DNA of 64,000 nt from a virus. Below, piece after piece: positions 8,583 through 17,631 of this stretch. The stretch is taken from IMG/VR virus record IMGVR_UViG_3300013006_000024, positions 32,001 to 96,000 of that record, one strand, 5' to 3'. A program made the position numbers and the translations under genes. The notes beneath the pieces are model-generated. The model did no database searches, was not told the DNA's origin, and saw nothing but the letters and a program-made list of their open reading frames with translations. Every line of letters starts with the position of its first letter. The first letter of the stretch is position 1.

Positions 8583-9419
8583 ATGAGAGTATTATTGCTT
8601 GGTAAAGGATTCATTGGTACTAAATTAGGTCAATTTTTACAGACAGCTGATGTTGACGTTTTTCATATTAGTCAGCAAGAAATAGATTATACAAATAGTA
8701 AAACGTTATCACGTATGTTTCGTGATTATAATTTTACACATGTAGTTAATTGCTGTGGGTATACCGGTACTCCTAATGTTGATGGTTGTGAAAAAAATAA
8801 AGAAACCTGTTGGAATCTAAACGTTACTGTGCCAAATGAAATTGATAAAATTGCAGATAGACATAATAAAAAAATTATTCATATTTCAAGTGGGTGTATA
8901 TATACAGGCTACGAAAAAGAGTTTCTAGAAACAGATCAACCCAATTTTGGTCTTTATAATCCGCAATCTAGTTTTTACAGTAAATCAAAACATGCTTTTG
9001 AAACAGTTATTGATACTAAACAATCAGCTATTCTTAGAATTCGTATGCCTGTAACGTCAGTTAAAGAGGATAAAAATTATCTATACAAACTCTTTAAGTA
9101 TGATAATTTAATTAGCTATAAGAATAGCATTACATGCATTGACGATCTTAATCGCTTAGTCAAGCATTTATTAGATAATTTTATCCCAGGTATCTTTAAC
9201 GCTGTTAATACAAAGCCTATAACTGCAAAAGAAGTAGTAGACATATTTAAAAAATATAATAAAGTTAATCCTAATTGGAATTTTGTTGAAATGGACGATC
9301 TAGATATAGTAGCTAACCGATCTAATTGTATTCTCAGTACTCAAAAATTACAGCAGCATGGGCTAGAATTTTCCGATACCTTTGAAACAGTTGAAAAATA
9401 TATACAGGAATTATGTTAA
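8583..9419 (+). CDS. NDP-4-keto-6-deoxyglucose 3,5-epimerase/4-reductase (NRS/ER, RmlD-like SDR; L-rhamnose synthesis)
   Basis: GKGFIG Rossmann motif, NCCGYTGTPNVDGCE, SSGCIY, SFYSKSK (YxxxK), LRIRMP, RSNCILS. Confidence 0.82.
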   Translation: MRVLLLGKGFIGTKLGQFLQTADVDVFHISQQEIDYTNSKTLSRMFRDYNFTHVVNCCGYTGTPNVDGCEKNKETCWNLNVTVPNEIDKIADRHNKKIIHISSGCIYTGYEKEFLETDQPNFGLYNPQSSFYSKSKHAFETVIDTKQSAILRIRMPVTSVKEDKNYLYKLFKYDNLISYKNSITCIDDLNRLVKHLLDNFIPGIFNAVNTKPITAKEVVDIFKKYNKVNPNWNFVEMDDLDIVANRSNCILSTQKLQQHGLEFSDTFETVEKYIQELC

Positions 9420-9700
9420 CTGAAATATTTAAACACCCAAAAAAGAGATACGTTTATGCAATTACAGGCGGTGCATTTTTAGGCGAACTCTTTGTATACA
9501 TGGAAAAGAAGAATGATGATTTTGTATTTTTGTCTTTACCTGATATGAAAATAAGAGAGGTACCATGCGATAAATTTGATTTTGGGTTAACACAAAAAAT
9601 AGTAGATATAGTTGAAAAGCTGCCAGCAAATGTTTACGACGTCTGCAGAATACAATATAATAAAAATAACACTTTAAATACGGAAGTAGCTATTAAATAA
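9413..9700 (+). CDS. Hypothetical protein
   Basis: 95-aa ORF overlapping the previous stop. Confidence 0.6.
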   Translation: MLTEIFKHPKKRYVYAITGGAFLGELFVYMEKKNDDFVFLSLPDMKIREVPCDKFDFGLTQKIVDIVEKLPANVYDVCRIQYNKNNTLNTEVAIK

Positions 9701-9704
9701 CTAT

Positions 9705-9893
9705 ATGGACCTAATTAACCCCATACCTATTGTTTCACCTATTAGTGGTGAGCCTGTTAGACCTCGTCTACGTACTTACATTCGTGAAGGTAATGAAATT
9801 GTTGAAGCAGAATATATTGATCCGGCTAGTGGTACCTTTATTAGAAAAGGTATAGTTTCTGTTAAACCTATACCTAAACAAAATAAGGCTTAA
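9705..9893 (+). CDS. Small hypothetical late protein
   Basis: 62 aa; TAAATA 5 nt upstream of ATG. Confidence 0.6.
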   Translation: MDLINPIPIVSPISGEPVRPRLRTYIREGNEIVEAEYIDPASGTFIRKGIVSVKPIPKQNKA

Positions 9894-9928
9894 CTTGTTT
9901 TTGATAGTATATAACTTATACTATACGT

Positions 9929-10963
9929 GTGTTAATACCTAGAGAGTATATACTTCAGAAGTTTTATCAATTTGCTGGTTATCCGCAATATAAAAAGCAT
10001 AGTAATACGTATATTGCAGGGTGTCCGATTTGTAGAGAAGGCCGATCTTGGGGTAAGAAAAGACGATGTATTTATATTGTTGAAGACAATGCTGTTTGTT
10101 GTCATAATTGCGGTTGGTATAGCGATGCTATAAAATGGATTCAAGAAGTCTCCGGTCAGTCGTTTAATGAAATTTTGAATGAATCGAGAGAGTTTGATAT
10201 TTTACCTTTAGATGTATTAAGCGATAAAACCGAGCCAATAATACGTAAGCCTGTCGAAGATTTGCCTAAAGATTCAATTAATTTATTTGATAGTAAGCAG
10301 GTCGAATTCTATAGCGATAATCAGGTAGTACAAGACGCCTTAAGCTTAGTTAAACGAAGAAGAATAGATAGAGCTATTAATAGACCGGAGACGTTATGGC
10401 TATCACTAAATGACCATACCCATAAGAACCGAGTTGTCATTCCGTTTTATAATGAAAATAATAATATTATTTTCTATCAATCTCGTGCTTTATATGACCG
10501 TGATTTAAGACTTTATCCAAAATATCTAAGTAAAATAAATGGTGAAAAGTCACTATACAATATTAATAAAATTACATCCGATATTGATTATATTTTTATA
10601 TTCGAAGGACCAATCGATTCTTTTTTTATTAAAAATGGAACAGCTGTTGCAGGCATTCAGGAGAATAGTAATGCTATGTTTTCTAAGCTACAAGAGATGC
10701 AGTTAAACACGTTCAAGTTTCATAAGAAAATTTGGGTATTAGATAATCAATGGGTTGATAACGCTAGTCGTAATAAAACAAATAAGCTTATAGAAAACGG
10801 TGAATGCGTTTTTATCTGGCCTGAGAATTTGAGTAAGAAATATAAAGATATGAACGATCTTTGTATTGATCAGGAGAAGGATAGCTTAGATGTAGATTTT
10901 ATAGTAAGCAATTCGTTTACGGATATGAAAGCTAAACTACTAATGAGCGTTATCGGTCGTTAG
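9929..10963 (+). CDS. gp61: DNA primase (T4 gp61-like)
   Basis: Zn finger CPIC...CHNC, RVVIPF, YQSRAL, PKYL, TOPRIM FEGPIDS and VLDN, KDMND. Confidence 0.92.
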   Translation: MLIPREYILQKFYQFAGYPQYKKHSNTYIAGCPICREGRSWGKKRRCIYIVEDNAVCCHNCGWYSDAIKWIQEVSGQSFNEILNESREFDILPLDVLSDKTEPIIRKPVEDLPKDSINLFDSKQVEFYSDNQVVQDALSLVKRRRIDRAINRPETLWLSLNDHTHKNRVVIPFYNENNNIIFYQSRALYDRDLRLYPKYLSKINGEKSLYNINKITSDIDYIFIFEGPIDSFFIKNGTAVAGIQENSNAMFSKLQEMQLNTFKFHKKIWVLDNQWVDNASRNKTNKLIENGECVFIWPENLSKKYKDMNDLCIDQEKDSLDVDFIVSNSFTDMKAKLLMSVIGR

Positions 10964-11366
10964 ACGAAATAAGATACCCCTTAAGCGATTCGCTCAAAGA
11001 ACTCAATTCAGCTGCAAGTCTTGCAATCTTCTTTTTCTCACTTCTAGCAATATCCTCAAAAATTGAATCGCAAGGAGCGGAGTGTAGTTGTACTTGCATT
11101 GAAGATGCATCTGTACCATTTAGGAAACCAATAAACGTATCGATTTGGGCAATCCAATCTTTTAGTTTCTGTGCCTGATCAATTTTAGTTCTATCTAAAA
11201 GCTTCTCTCTACCAGGTTGCTGCACATCAAAATCTTCAGGCTTTGCAGTAGTTAACGACTGTGCCATTGCTTCTTTATCTGTTTGCGGGGTAGAATCTTG
11301 ATTAACAGGTGCTGGAGCTTGATCAGCTTCTAGAATGGTGTCAAATATACGTTCGAAAGATATCAT
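10950..11366 (-). CDS. Hypothetical late (head-associated?) protein
   Basis: TAAATA 6 nt upstream; N-terminal FERIFDTILEA. Confidence 0.6.
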   Translation of the reverse strand: MISFERIFDTILEADQAPAPVNQDSTPQTDKEAMAQSLTTAKPEDFDVQQPGREKLLDRTKIDQAQKLKDWIAQIDTFIGFLNGTDASSMQVQLHSAPCDSIFEDIARSEKKKIARLAAELSSLSESLKGYLISSNDR

Positions 11367-11369
11367 ATT

Positions 11370-11398
11370 AATTATTTATTACAAGAGAATAAATAATT
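11370..11398. promoter_or_regulatory. Divergent pair of late promoters forming an inverted repeat
   Basis: AATTATTTATT-acaagag-AATAAATAATT; TAAATA on each strand 5-6 nt from a start codon. Confidence 0.6.
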
Positions 11399-11400
11399 TA

Positions 11401-11784
11401 GTGAAAAAGACGGTTTTGTTTGAAGACTTTACTAACTACTATAATAAATGGGTTTCCGGTATAGCTTCCAGAGAGCTTGGCTCTCAACGTGTTACTTTAA
11501 AGGATCTATTTGATAAGAGTGTGACAGACCAGCTACCTGGTTCAGCAAAAGCTGAAAAGGTACTGCCTTTCCCTTTGCCTAGTGTTGTTGAGCAAGTAGG
11601 TGAGCTATATTTAAACGCGACAAACACAAGAGCACTATTTAACGATTCATTAAAGAACCCTATTATTAATAAAAACGAGAGTGCATTTGAGACAGTAAAA
11701 CAAGTAGTAGCTAAGCTTGACAATATAATAGAAGAAATTAATCATATATTTAAAATCACTGATACACCGGTTGCAAAAAAATAA
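11401..11784 (+). CDS. Hypothetical late protein (GTG start at 11401 preferred over 11335)
   Basis: TAAATA 5 nt before GTG; avoids overlap with the minus-strand gene. Confidence 0.6.
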   Translation: MKKTVLFEDFTNYYNKWVSGIASRELGSQRVTLKDLFDKSVTDQLPGSAKAEKVLPFPLPSVVEQVGELYLNATNTRALFNDSLKNPIINKNESAFETVKQVVAKLDNIIEEINHIFKITDTPVAKK

Positions 11785-11804
11785 ACTAATACTATAATAG
11801 TTAA

Positions 11805-12233
11805 ATGCTTACAAAAGTTAGCTTTCAGCTTTTTTCTCTTACAATAGTATCTCTCCTTTTTGGATATTGGACTACCACTATAGGTGTTAATATAATTGTC
11901 GGAACGTTAACTGGTGCAGTTATTCAATTCTTAGGGTTTAACGCCTTTTCAACTGTTTTTAATTCTATTGTATTATTGAAAAATAAAAAACTTGAAAACG
12001 AAAGACTTCAAGAGTTTTCTTATCAAGGTCTTGAATTAGAATGTCCTTGCTATAAAAAAGAAAGAGAACTAGTTCCAGTTAGATTTAATACACCTAACTA
12101 TTATAGATGTAAAGCTTGTAACAAACAGCTTAGTGTTATAGTTACTGCGGAATCCGCTGTGGTTACCGAACCTATTTTAAATACAGATTTATCCAGTCTT
12201 GACACCAGTATTATAGAAAAAGCTATACAATGA
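11805..12233 (+). CDS. Membrane protein with two TM helices and a C-terminal Cys4 zinc-ribbon-like motif
   Basis: Hydrophobic residues ~6-58; ECPCYK...RCKACNK; promoter TTGCAA-16-TATAAT 6 nt before ATG. Confidence 0.6.
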   Translation: MLTKVSFQLFSLTIVSLLFGYWTTTIGVNIIVGTLTGAVIQFLGFNAFSTVFNSIVLLKNKKLENERLQEFSYQGLELECPCYKKERELVPVRFNTPNYYRCKACNKQLSVIVTAESAVVTEPILNTDLSSLDTSIIEKAIQ

Positions 12234-12688
12234 ATATACCCGACAGTATAGCTAAGTTAACTACTGAAGTATCAAATGATCATTTTAATACTAAACCAGT
12301 TGATCCTATTTTAAATTTAAACGATGTTGTTTTGCTTGTTAAAAAATCTCTAAATTTAAAGCAACTTAATAATTTTGAGCAAGGTTTAAATTTTTATAAA
12401 ACCAATGTTACATCCGATAAATCAGTATCACAAAATATGATGGGTCTAGTTTCGGACATTATAATAACTGCTCTCAAAGATAGTGACATCAATGAAGAAT
12501 ATAAAATAAATCTAGGACTCAGTATTAAAAATTCATTTACGGGTATTAATGAGATTTTAGAATCCGTATTTAAGAATTTAAACATGCTGAATAAAAATAA
12601 TAATTTACTTGACGTCAAAGATTTTACCTTGATAATACTAGGATATGCAATCGGACTCCTTAAAAAAATCGATAACAATAGAAGCTAA
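12230..12688 (+). CDS. Hypothetical protein
   Basis: ATGA-coupled 152-aa ORF. Confidence 0.55.
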   Translation: MNIPDSIAKLTTEVSNDHFNTKPVDPILNLNDVVLLVKKSLNLKQLNNFEQGLNFYKTNVTSDKSVSQNMMGLVSDIIITALKDSDINEEYKINLGLSIKNSFTGINEILESVFKNLNMLNKNNNLLDVKDFTLIILGYAIGLLKKIDNNRS

Positions 12689-12953
12689 AAACGGAAATCA
12701 TAAACTCAAGGTGAGTGAATATGCCCGTTGGTTTTGTCTTATTGAAGCTTTGGACATTATAAGTCGAAAAGCTCAACAATTCAAAGTTGACCTGCAAAAC
12801 AAAGATGCTGACTGGGTAAAACCTCTAGCATTTCAAAAATATATAGATGAAAGATATGAATCTATGGTCGACGAGGTTCTTATGAATGAATCGACCGATA
12901 CAACACCGGTAGTACCAAAATGCATTACATCATTGGAACCAGCTTTAAAGTAA
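12645..12953 (+). CDS. Hypothetical protein
   Basis: 102-aa ORF in the same operon. Confidence 0.55.
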   Translation: MQSDSLKKSITIEAKNGNHKLKVSEYARWFCLIEALDIISRKAQQFKVDLQNKDADWVKPLAFQKYIDERYESMVDEVLMNESTDTTPVVPKCITSLEPALK

Positions 12954-13198
12954 GTCAAGCTGGACGCACTCTTTTAAGAGATAAGCGTTTTGCTGTAGGA
13001 GGGGTTTACTCTCTCATCCACATTACACCGCGTAATGGGAAATACGTTTACTACTTTATGGATTTAAGTAGAAATAAACTAGATATAGAATTTAATTCTT
13101 GCAGAGAGGCAGACTCTTTGTTAGCCAAATTAAAAAACGAGAGAATTCCAAACTACGAAGAGCAAAAAGAAGATATTATTGATACCATTGCGGATTAG
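12920..13198 (+). CDS. Hypothetical protein
   Basis: 92-aa ORF ending against the convergent gp14. Confidence 0.55.
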   Translation: MHYIIGTSFKVSQAGRTLLRDKRFAVGGVYSLIHITPRNGKYVYYFMDLSRNKLDIEFNSCREADSLLAKLKNERIPNYEEQKEDIIDTIAD

Positions 13199-13920
13199 TA
13201 ATAACCGCCGTATACATCAGAGTAATCTGTCTTACTGTAGTCAAAAACCTTCTTTGACTCAATATCCATACTATCCGTGTACGGTTTATTAGCCCCGGAA
13301 GCATAAGGGGTTTTAGTATCGTCAAATAATTGATCATTCTGAGCTTCCGGTATAACACCTGGTTCGAAAGAATATTCAAAGCGCTTAGCTTTAATTAACC
13401 ACACATAATGTCCCATAAGAGTGTTGATTTGGGCAATATCTTGGTCTAATCTTTGTGTTATTTCGTATATATTACCGTTTCTACCCCCGGGTCTATCACT
13501 ACCATACTCTACTAGTTGGAATAGGTCACCGGATTTAGGTTCTGCACCATAGCCAAACGTTTCATAGAACGCGCTTATGTGGATAAAAGCTGTTACCTCA
13601 TCATCTGATACTAAACCAAATTTACTTAGCATTAATGCATTTTCATTAAGATTAATAGCCATTATAATATTTTGAGGCGGCGAAAAAGCTTGGGTTGGCT
13701 GTTCACCGTATAGCATATCTGCACTTAAAGTGGTCGTGTTATTAACAATATAGCCTACTTGCTGGCCATACAGATTAATTTGTTCTCTCCAATAGTTAGA
13801 GTATGTATTTCTTTCGCAATTATTATTTTGCTTATTAGTATATCTAAAGCAGGGATTATCCTCAAAGAAAAACGGATATACCTTAGGTTGTGGACTACCG
13901 GTATAATACGCTACGCTCAT
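13195..13920 (-). CDS. gp14: Neck/head-completion protein (T4 gp14-like)
   Basis: EQINLYGQQVGYI, LYGEQP...F, LSKFGLVSDDE, EPKSGDL, KRFEYS. Confidence 0.82.
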   Translation of the reverse strand: MSVAYYTGSPQPKVYPFFFEDNPCFRYTNKQNNNCERNTYSNYWREQINLYGQQVGYIVNNTTTLSADMLYGEQPTQAFSPPQNIIMAINLNENALMLSKFGLVSDDEVTAFIHISAFYETFGYGAEPKSGDLFQLVEYGSDRPGGRNGNIYEITQRLDQDIAQINTLMGHYVWLIKAKRFEYSFEPGVIPEAQNDQLFDDTKTPYASGANKPYTDSMDIESKKVFDYSKTDYSDVYGGYY

Positions 13921-14237
13921 TTTTCTAATACCGGTTTTTGTAATATAGGATCTAATTTAATAGTCACGCCTGTATTACCTAGTTTCTTAGGCTTAACGGG
14001 ATCATACTTAAAATGGAATTCACCTTCAATTTGTGCGACTTCTCGAGTATTTAAAGTATATTTACCTGATGGTTTCCTTAATAAGCTTTGTACTTTTTGA
14101 TTATTATGCTTTGTTCTATGCATGTGAGGTACTGTGCGACCTGGATTCTTAGGATGTGAAGATGGGTCGCGTACAACAGGATGCATATGTCGTTTATCTG
14201 TACCTATTTTACCGGAATAAAAATCTCTAAACGTCAT
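13917..14237 (-). CDS. Basic hypothetical late protein
   Basis: TAAATA 5 nt upstream; starts MTFRDFY; coupled to gp14. Confidence 0.6.
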   Translation of the reverse strand: MTFRDFYSGKIGTDKRHMHPVVRDPSSHPKNPGRTVPHMHRTKHNNQKVQSLLRKPSGKYTLNTREVAQIEGEFHFKYDPVKPKKLGNTGVTIKLDPILQKPVLEK

Positions 14238-14251
14238 ATAGTTATTTAAGC

Positions 14252-14289
14252 AAAAAAAAGGGCCTAATTTGACTTAGGCCCTTTTTTTT
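14252..14289. terminator. Bidirectional intrinsic terminator
   Basis: A8-GGGCCTAA-tttgac-TTAGGCCC-T8, just downstream of the 14306..15199 gene. Confidence 0.88.
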
Positions 14290-14305
14290 ACTATTTTTTG
14301 ATTGC

Positions 14306-15199
14306 TTATTTTAGACCAGCTAGATAAGCACCGACCTTAGAGGTCTTAGAATTCACTACGTTAGCCTTACCCTTGGGGGATGTGGGGGCGCCACCTTTTA
14401 TGCCACCACCAACAAGAGCATGGCCCTTTTCACCATCATTACCAACTTTGTCAGTTACCTTGGAATCACCAGGGCCACTCGACTTTAAACTATTTGTTAC
14501 ATCGCCAACCTTGTTATCTTTCTTTTGAAGAGATTGGCCAGCAGAAGTAGGAAGCTCTTTCATTTCAGTGCCTTCTTTAGCAACACCTTCATTATCTTCA
14601 TCTTCTTCTGTCTTCTCTTTTTCTTCGTTAGCTTCATCGGCGCCACCAGCGTCGAGTTCACCAATTTCATCGGAACCTTCATCAGAAGACTCATCAGAAT
14701 TTTCTTCACCTAATGCGGCATGCATAACATCACAAAGCTTTTGAGCGACATCACGAGGCAATGTGAAGGTTACATCACCTTCCTCACCAGCACCTTCCTC
14801 ACCAGCAGGAAGACCGAGAGCCTCTGCATCGCTAGCCTCGACATCCTCAGGCCGGCCGGACATTACGTCCTCGTATAATTTATCAAAAATAGATTTGCTC
14901 ATAAAATTATTTATTGTTTGTACCTCTGTTTTTTCAAGATTTTGTGAGAATTTTTTTGGAGTATAAAAATTATCGTTTTTGGCAGTCTCGGGATCAATTA
15001 AATCTTTCTTAAAACCATCAGCATTTTCCGGGCCAGAATTCTTGGGAGTGAAGGCTTTAGGATCTGCTTTAGCTTCTACTGGCTTCTTATCTGTAGCTAG
15101 TTTAAATGTGCCTTTAGGGGGAAATACGGCCTTCTTTTCTTCAATTATATTGTTTTCATAGAAGGCACCCAATTCTACTAGCGATCTTGCTTGATTCAT
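14306..15199 (-). CDS. Acidic low-complexity late protein, probable prohead core/scaffold or internal head protein
   Basis: E/D-rich centre, KLYE motif, own late promoter and strong terminator, divergent from terminase. Confidence 0.55.
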   Translation of the reverse strand: MNQARSLVELGAFYENNIIEEKKAVFPPKGTFKLATDKKPVEAKADPKAFTPKNSGPENADGFKKDLIDPETAKNDNFYTPKKFSQNLEKTEVQTINNFMSKSIFDKLYEDVMSGRPEDVEASDAEALGLPAGEEGAGEEGDVTFTLPRDVAQKLCDVMHAALGEENSDESSDEGSDEIGELDAGGADEANEEKEKTEEDEDNEGVAKEGTEMKELPTSAGQSLQKKDNKVGDVTNSLKSSGPGDSKVTDKVGNDGEKGHALVGGGIKGGAPTSPKGKANVVNSKTSKVGAYLAGLK

Positions 15200-15210
15200 A
15201 TTAAGTATTT

Positions 15211-16929
15211 ATGTTATATATGCCTAAAAAACAAGAAAGTAAATTTTATTTAGGTAATCAAAACTTACCCACATCAGATGCGGTGTTTGATTATGAAGCA
15301 CATCCTGAGTGGGTAGAAGATATAGCAAAATCAAGAAAGAACATTTTATACTTTGCAGAAAATTTCTTTTATATAACAAATCTCGATGAAGGTAAGATGA
15401 AGATAAGACTTCATTCTTATCAAAAAAGAATTTTAAGAAGTTTGAGAGATAACAGATTTGTTTGCTTACTAGCATCTAGACAGGTGGGAAAAACGACCTT
15501 AATGACAATATATGCATTATGGATTGCATGCTTTTTTGAAGATCAACGTATTCTTATTGTAGCGAATAAAGAGCAGACTGCGATTAACATTTTTAAGAGA
15601 GTTCGTTTAGCTTATGAAAAGCTACCGAACTACCTTAAACCAGGAACTGTAGAATATGGTAAAACATCTATGTCGTTAGGAAATGGATCTAGTATTGGTA
15701 TTTCAACTACTAGTAGTGATGCAGGGCGAGGTGATAGCTGTAATGTTCTCATTTTGGACGAGTTGGCATTTATTGATAACCATCTTGTTGAGCAATTTTG
15801 GAGTTCGGTATACCCAATTATATCATCTTCTAAGAAATCTAAAATATTTGTTGCTTCAACGCCAAACGGTACTGGAAATCTTTTTCATGAGCTCTATAGC
15901 GGTGCATTCGAAAAGAAAAATGACTGGCATGCAGAAAAGGTTGACTGGTGGGAGTTCCCGGGGCGTGATGAGGTGTGGAAAGAAAAGACAATTAAAACTT
16001 TAGGAAGTAGAGAAGTTTTTGATCAAGAATTTGGAAATGTATTCTTGCAAGCTGGTGAAAGTGCCTTGGATGAAAAACTTTTTGAAGAAATGAAAACCGA
16101 GTGCACTGAACCTAAATTTGTATTTGAAGAAGGAAAATATCTTTTATGGGATGAACCCAATAAAGATCATATTTACGTTGCGGGTGTTGACATAAGTGAA
16201 GGAGTTGGTGAAGCAGCAAGCGTAATTCAAATATTTGACTTAACCGACTTAAGAGAGATAAAACAGGTGGCTACTTACCATGATAGACTAATTAGCCCTT
16301 ATAATTTTACTTCCAAAGTTTACGAAATCTTGCAGCACTGGGGATCACCATTAGCAATGATAGAAAGAAATAATTGCGGGGCGCAAGTAGTTGATCAATT
16401 AAAAAACACTCATGCGTATGAAAATATTGTTTCGTATGGAACTAAAGTCGGCCCTGTATCTTTTAATAAGATTGGTGTGCAAGCACATACTAATACCAAA
16501 TACAAGGGTGTAGTTAATATGCGCTATTGGATGAATGAAGTACGTGCATTAAAAATTAGGGACTTTAAAACTTTAAACGAACTTAAAGGTTTTGTAAGAT
16601 ACCCAAACGGTACATGGGCTGCAAAGCAAGGATCAGATAGTTGGGATGACCGAGTAATGTCGTTATTATGGGGGTTAATGATCCTTGAAACAGATCTTTG
16701 TGAAAAGTATTTTGAAGTTGTAGAATATGATAAAAATAAAAAACCCCTTAAAATTAAATCGTTAGATTACGGTATAAAATACTTCATTAATCCTACATCT
16801 ATGTATAGTAACGAAAAAATGGGTATAGATGGTGTACCGCCTTTGCCAATTGTTATATCGCAGGACGGTAATCAGGATCATAATGAAATAGCTGACCTTG
16901 AGTCACAAGGTTACCGCCGTTTAATATAA
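15211..16929 (+). CDS. gp17: Terminase large subunit (T4 gp17-like; start may be 15220)
   Basis: HSYQ adenine-binding motif, ASRQVGKTT Walker A, LILDELAF Walker B, STPNG, QEF, AGVDISEG nuclease, DDRVMSL. Confidence 0.95.
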   Translation: MLYMPKKQESKFYLGNQNLPTSDAVFDYEAHPEWVEDIAKSRKNILYFAENFFYITNLDEGKMKIRLHSYQKRILRSLRDNRFVCLLASRQVGKTTLMTIYALWIACFFEDQRILIVANKEQTAINIFKRVRLAYEKLPNYLKPGTVEYGKTSMSLGNGSSIGISTTSSDAGRGDSCNVLILDELAFIDNHLVEQFWSSVYPIISSSKKSKIFVASTPNGTGNLFHELYSGAFEKKNDWHAEKVDWWEFPGRDEVWKEKTIKTLGSREVFDQEFGNVFLQAGESALDEKLFEEMKTECTEPKFVFEEGKYLLWDEPNKDHIYVAGVDISEGVGEAASVIQIFDLTDLREIKQVATYHDRLISPYNFTSKVYEILQHWGSPLAMIERNNCGAQVVDQLKNTHAYENIVSYGTKVGPVSFNKIGVQAHTNTKYKGVVNMRYWMNEVRALKIRDFKTLNELKGFVRYPNGTWAAKQGSDSWDDRVMSLLWGLMILETDLCEKYFEVVEYDKNKKPLKIKSLDYGIKYFINPTSMYSNEKMGIDGVPPLPIVISQDGNQDHNEIADLESQGYRRLI

Positions 16930-16932
16930 ATA
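16925..16932 (+). promoter_or_regulatory. T4-type late promoter TATAAATA
   Basis: Exact consensus, 5 nt before ATG 16938. Confidence 0.7.
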
Positions 16933-16937
16933 ATTAA

Positions 16938-17591
16938 ATGGCAAACCTAGTAACATATACTCAAAGCCCTTTTAATAAAGCGCGTAAAGATAAATTTTTA
17001 TTTGTTTTAAATTTACCCGCTTGCTTAAAAGATATTTCTCGTAAATTTGAACGCGATAATAATACCGTAATTCCCGATGCTCTACAATTTTCTGTTTTCG
17101 GTGCCACAATTCCCGAAGTATCCGTACCTGCAGTTAATATTAGATACTCCGGTCAAACATTAGCTAATTCAGGATATTCTAGAGATCCCTACCCACCCGT
17201 AACAGTTAATTTTACCATTGATAACAGGTTTAACAATTATTGGATTATATACAAATGGTTAGATCTTTTAAATAATGCAAGACTTAGTATATTTGATGCT
17301 GATAATCTCATAGATAACGATATTAAGAATTCATTAAATAAGCAAGTAGCTATAGTAAATAAAACTAACTCTTCAGGTGCCGATTTTCTTAAGTTTAGAG
17401 CTAATTTCTCTTTATTTGCATTAGACGAATATGACAAAAGAATTATTGAATTTATTTATAAAGATGCGTTTCCAACAGCAGTCGGATCGATCAATTTTAA
17501 CAATAGAGATGCAACAGAAATTGAAACTTCTTTCACTTTTGAATATTCACAGCTGGAAGTATCTCTAGTTGAACAGATAGATAATTTATAA
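16938..17591 (+). CDS. gp3: Tail tube terminator/completion protein (T4 gp3-like)
   Basis: Tube-fold pattern: ATIPEVSV, YPPVTVNFTID..FNNY..IYKWL, FIYKDAFPT.VG.INF, TFEYS. Confidence 0.72.
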   Translation: MANLVTYTQSPFNKARKDKFLFVLNLPACLKDISRKFERDNNTVIPDALQFSVFGATIPEVSVPAVNIRYSGQTLANSGYSRDPYPPVTVNFTIDNRFNNYWIIYKWLDLLNNARLSIFDADNLIDNDIKNSLNKQVAIVNKTNSSGADFLKFRANFSLFALDEYDKRIIEFIYKDAFPTAVGSINFNNRDATEIETSFTFEYSQLEVSLVEQIDNL

Positions 17592-17631
17592 AAACTGAAA
17601 AGTTTTATCCGAAAAAACATAAATATTTTAT

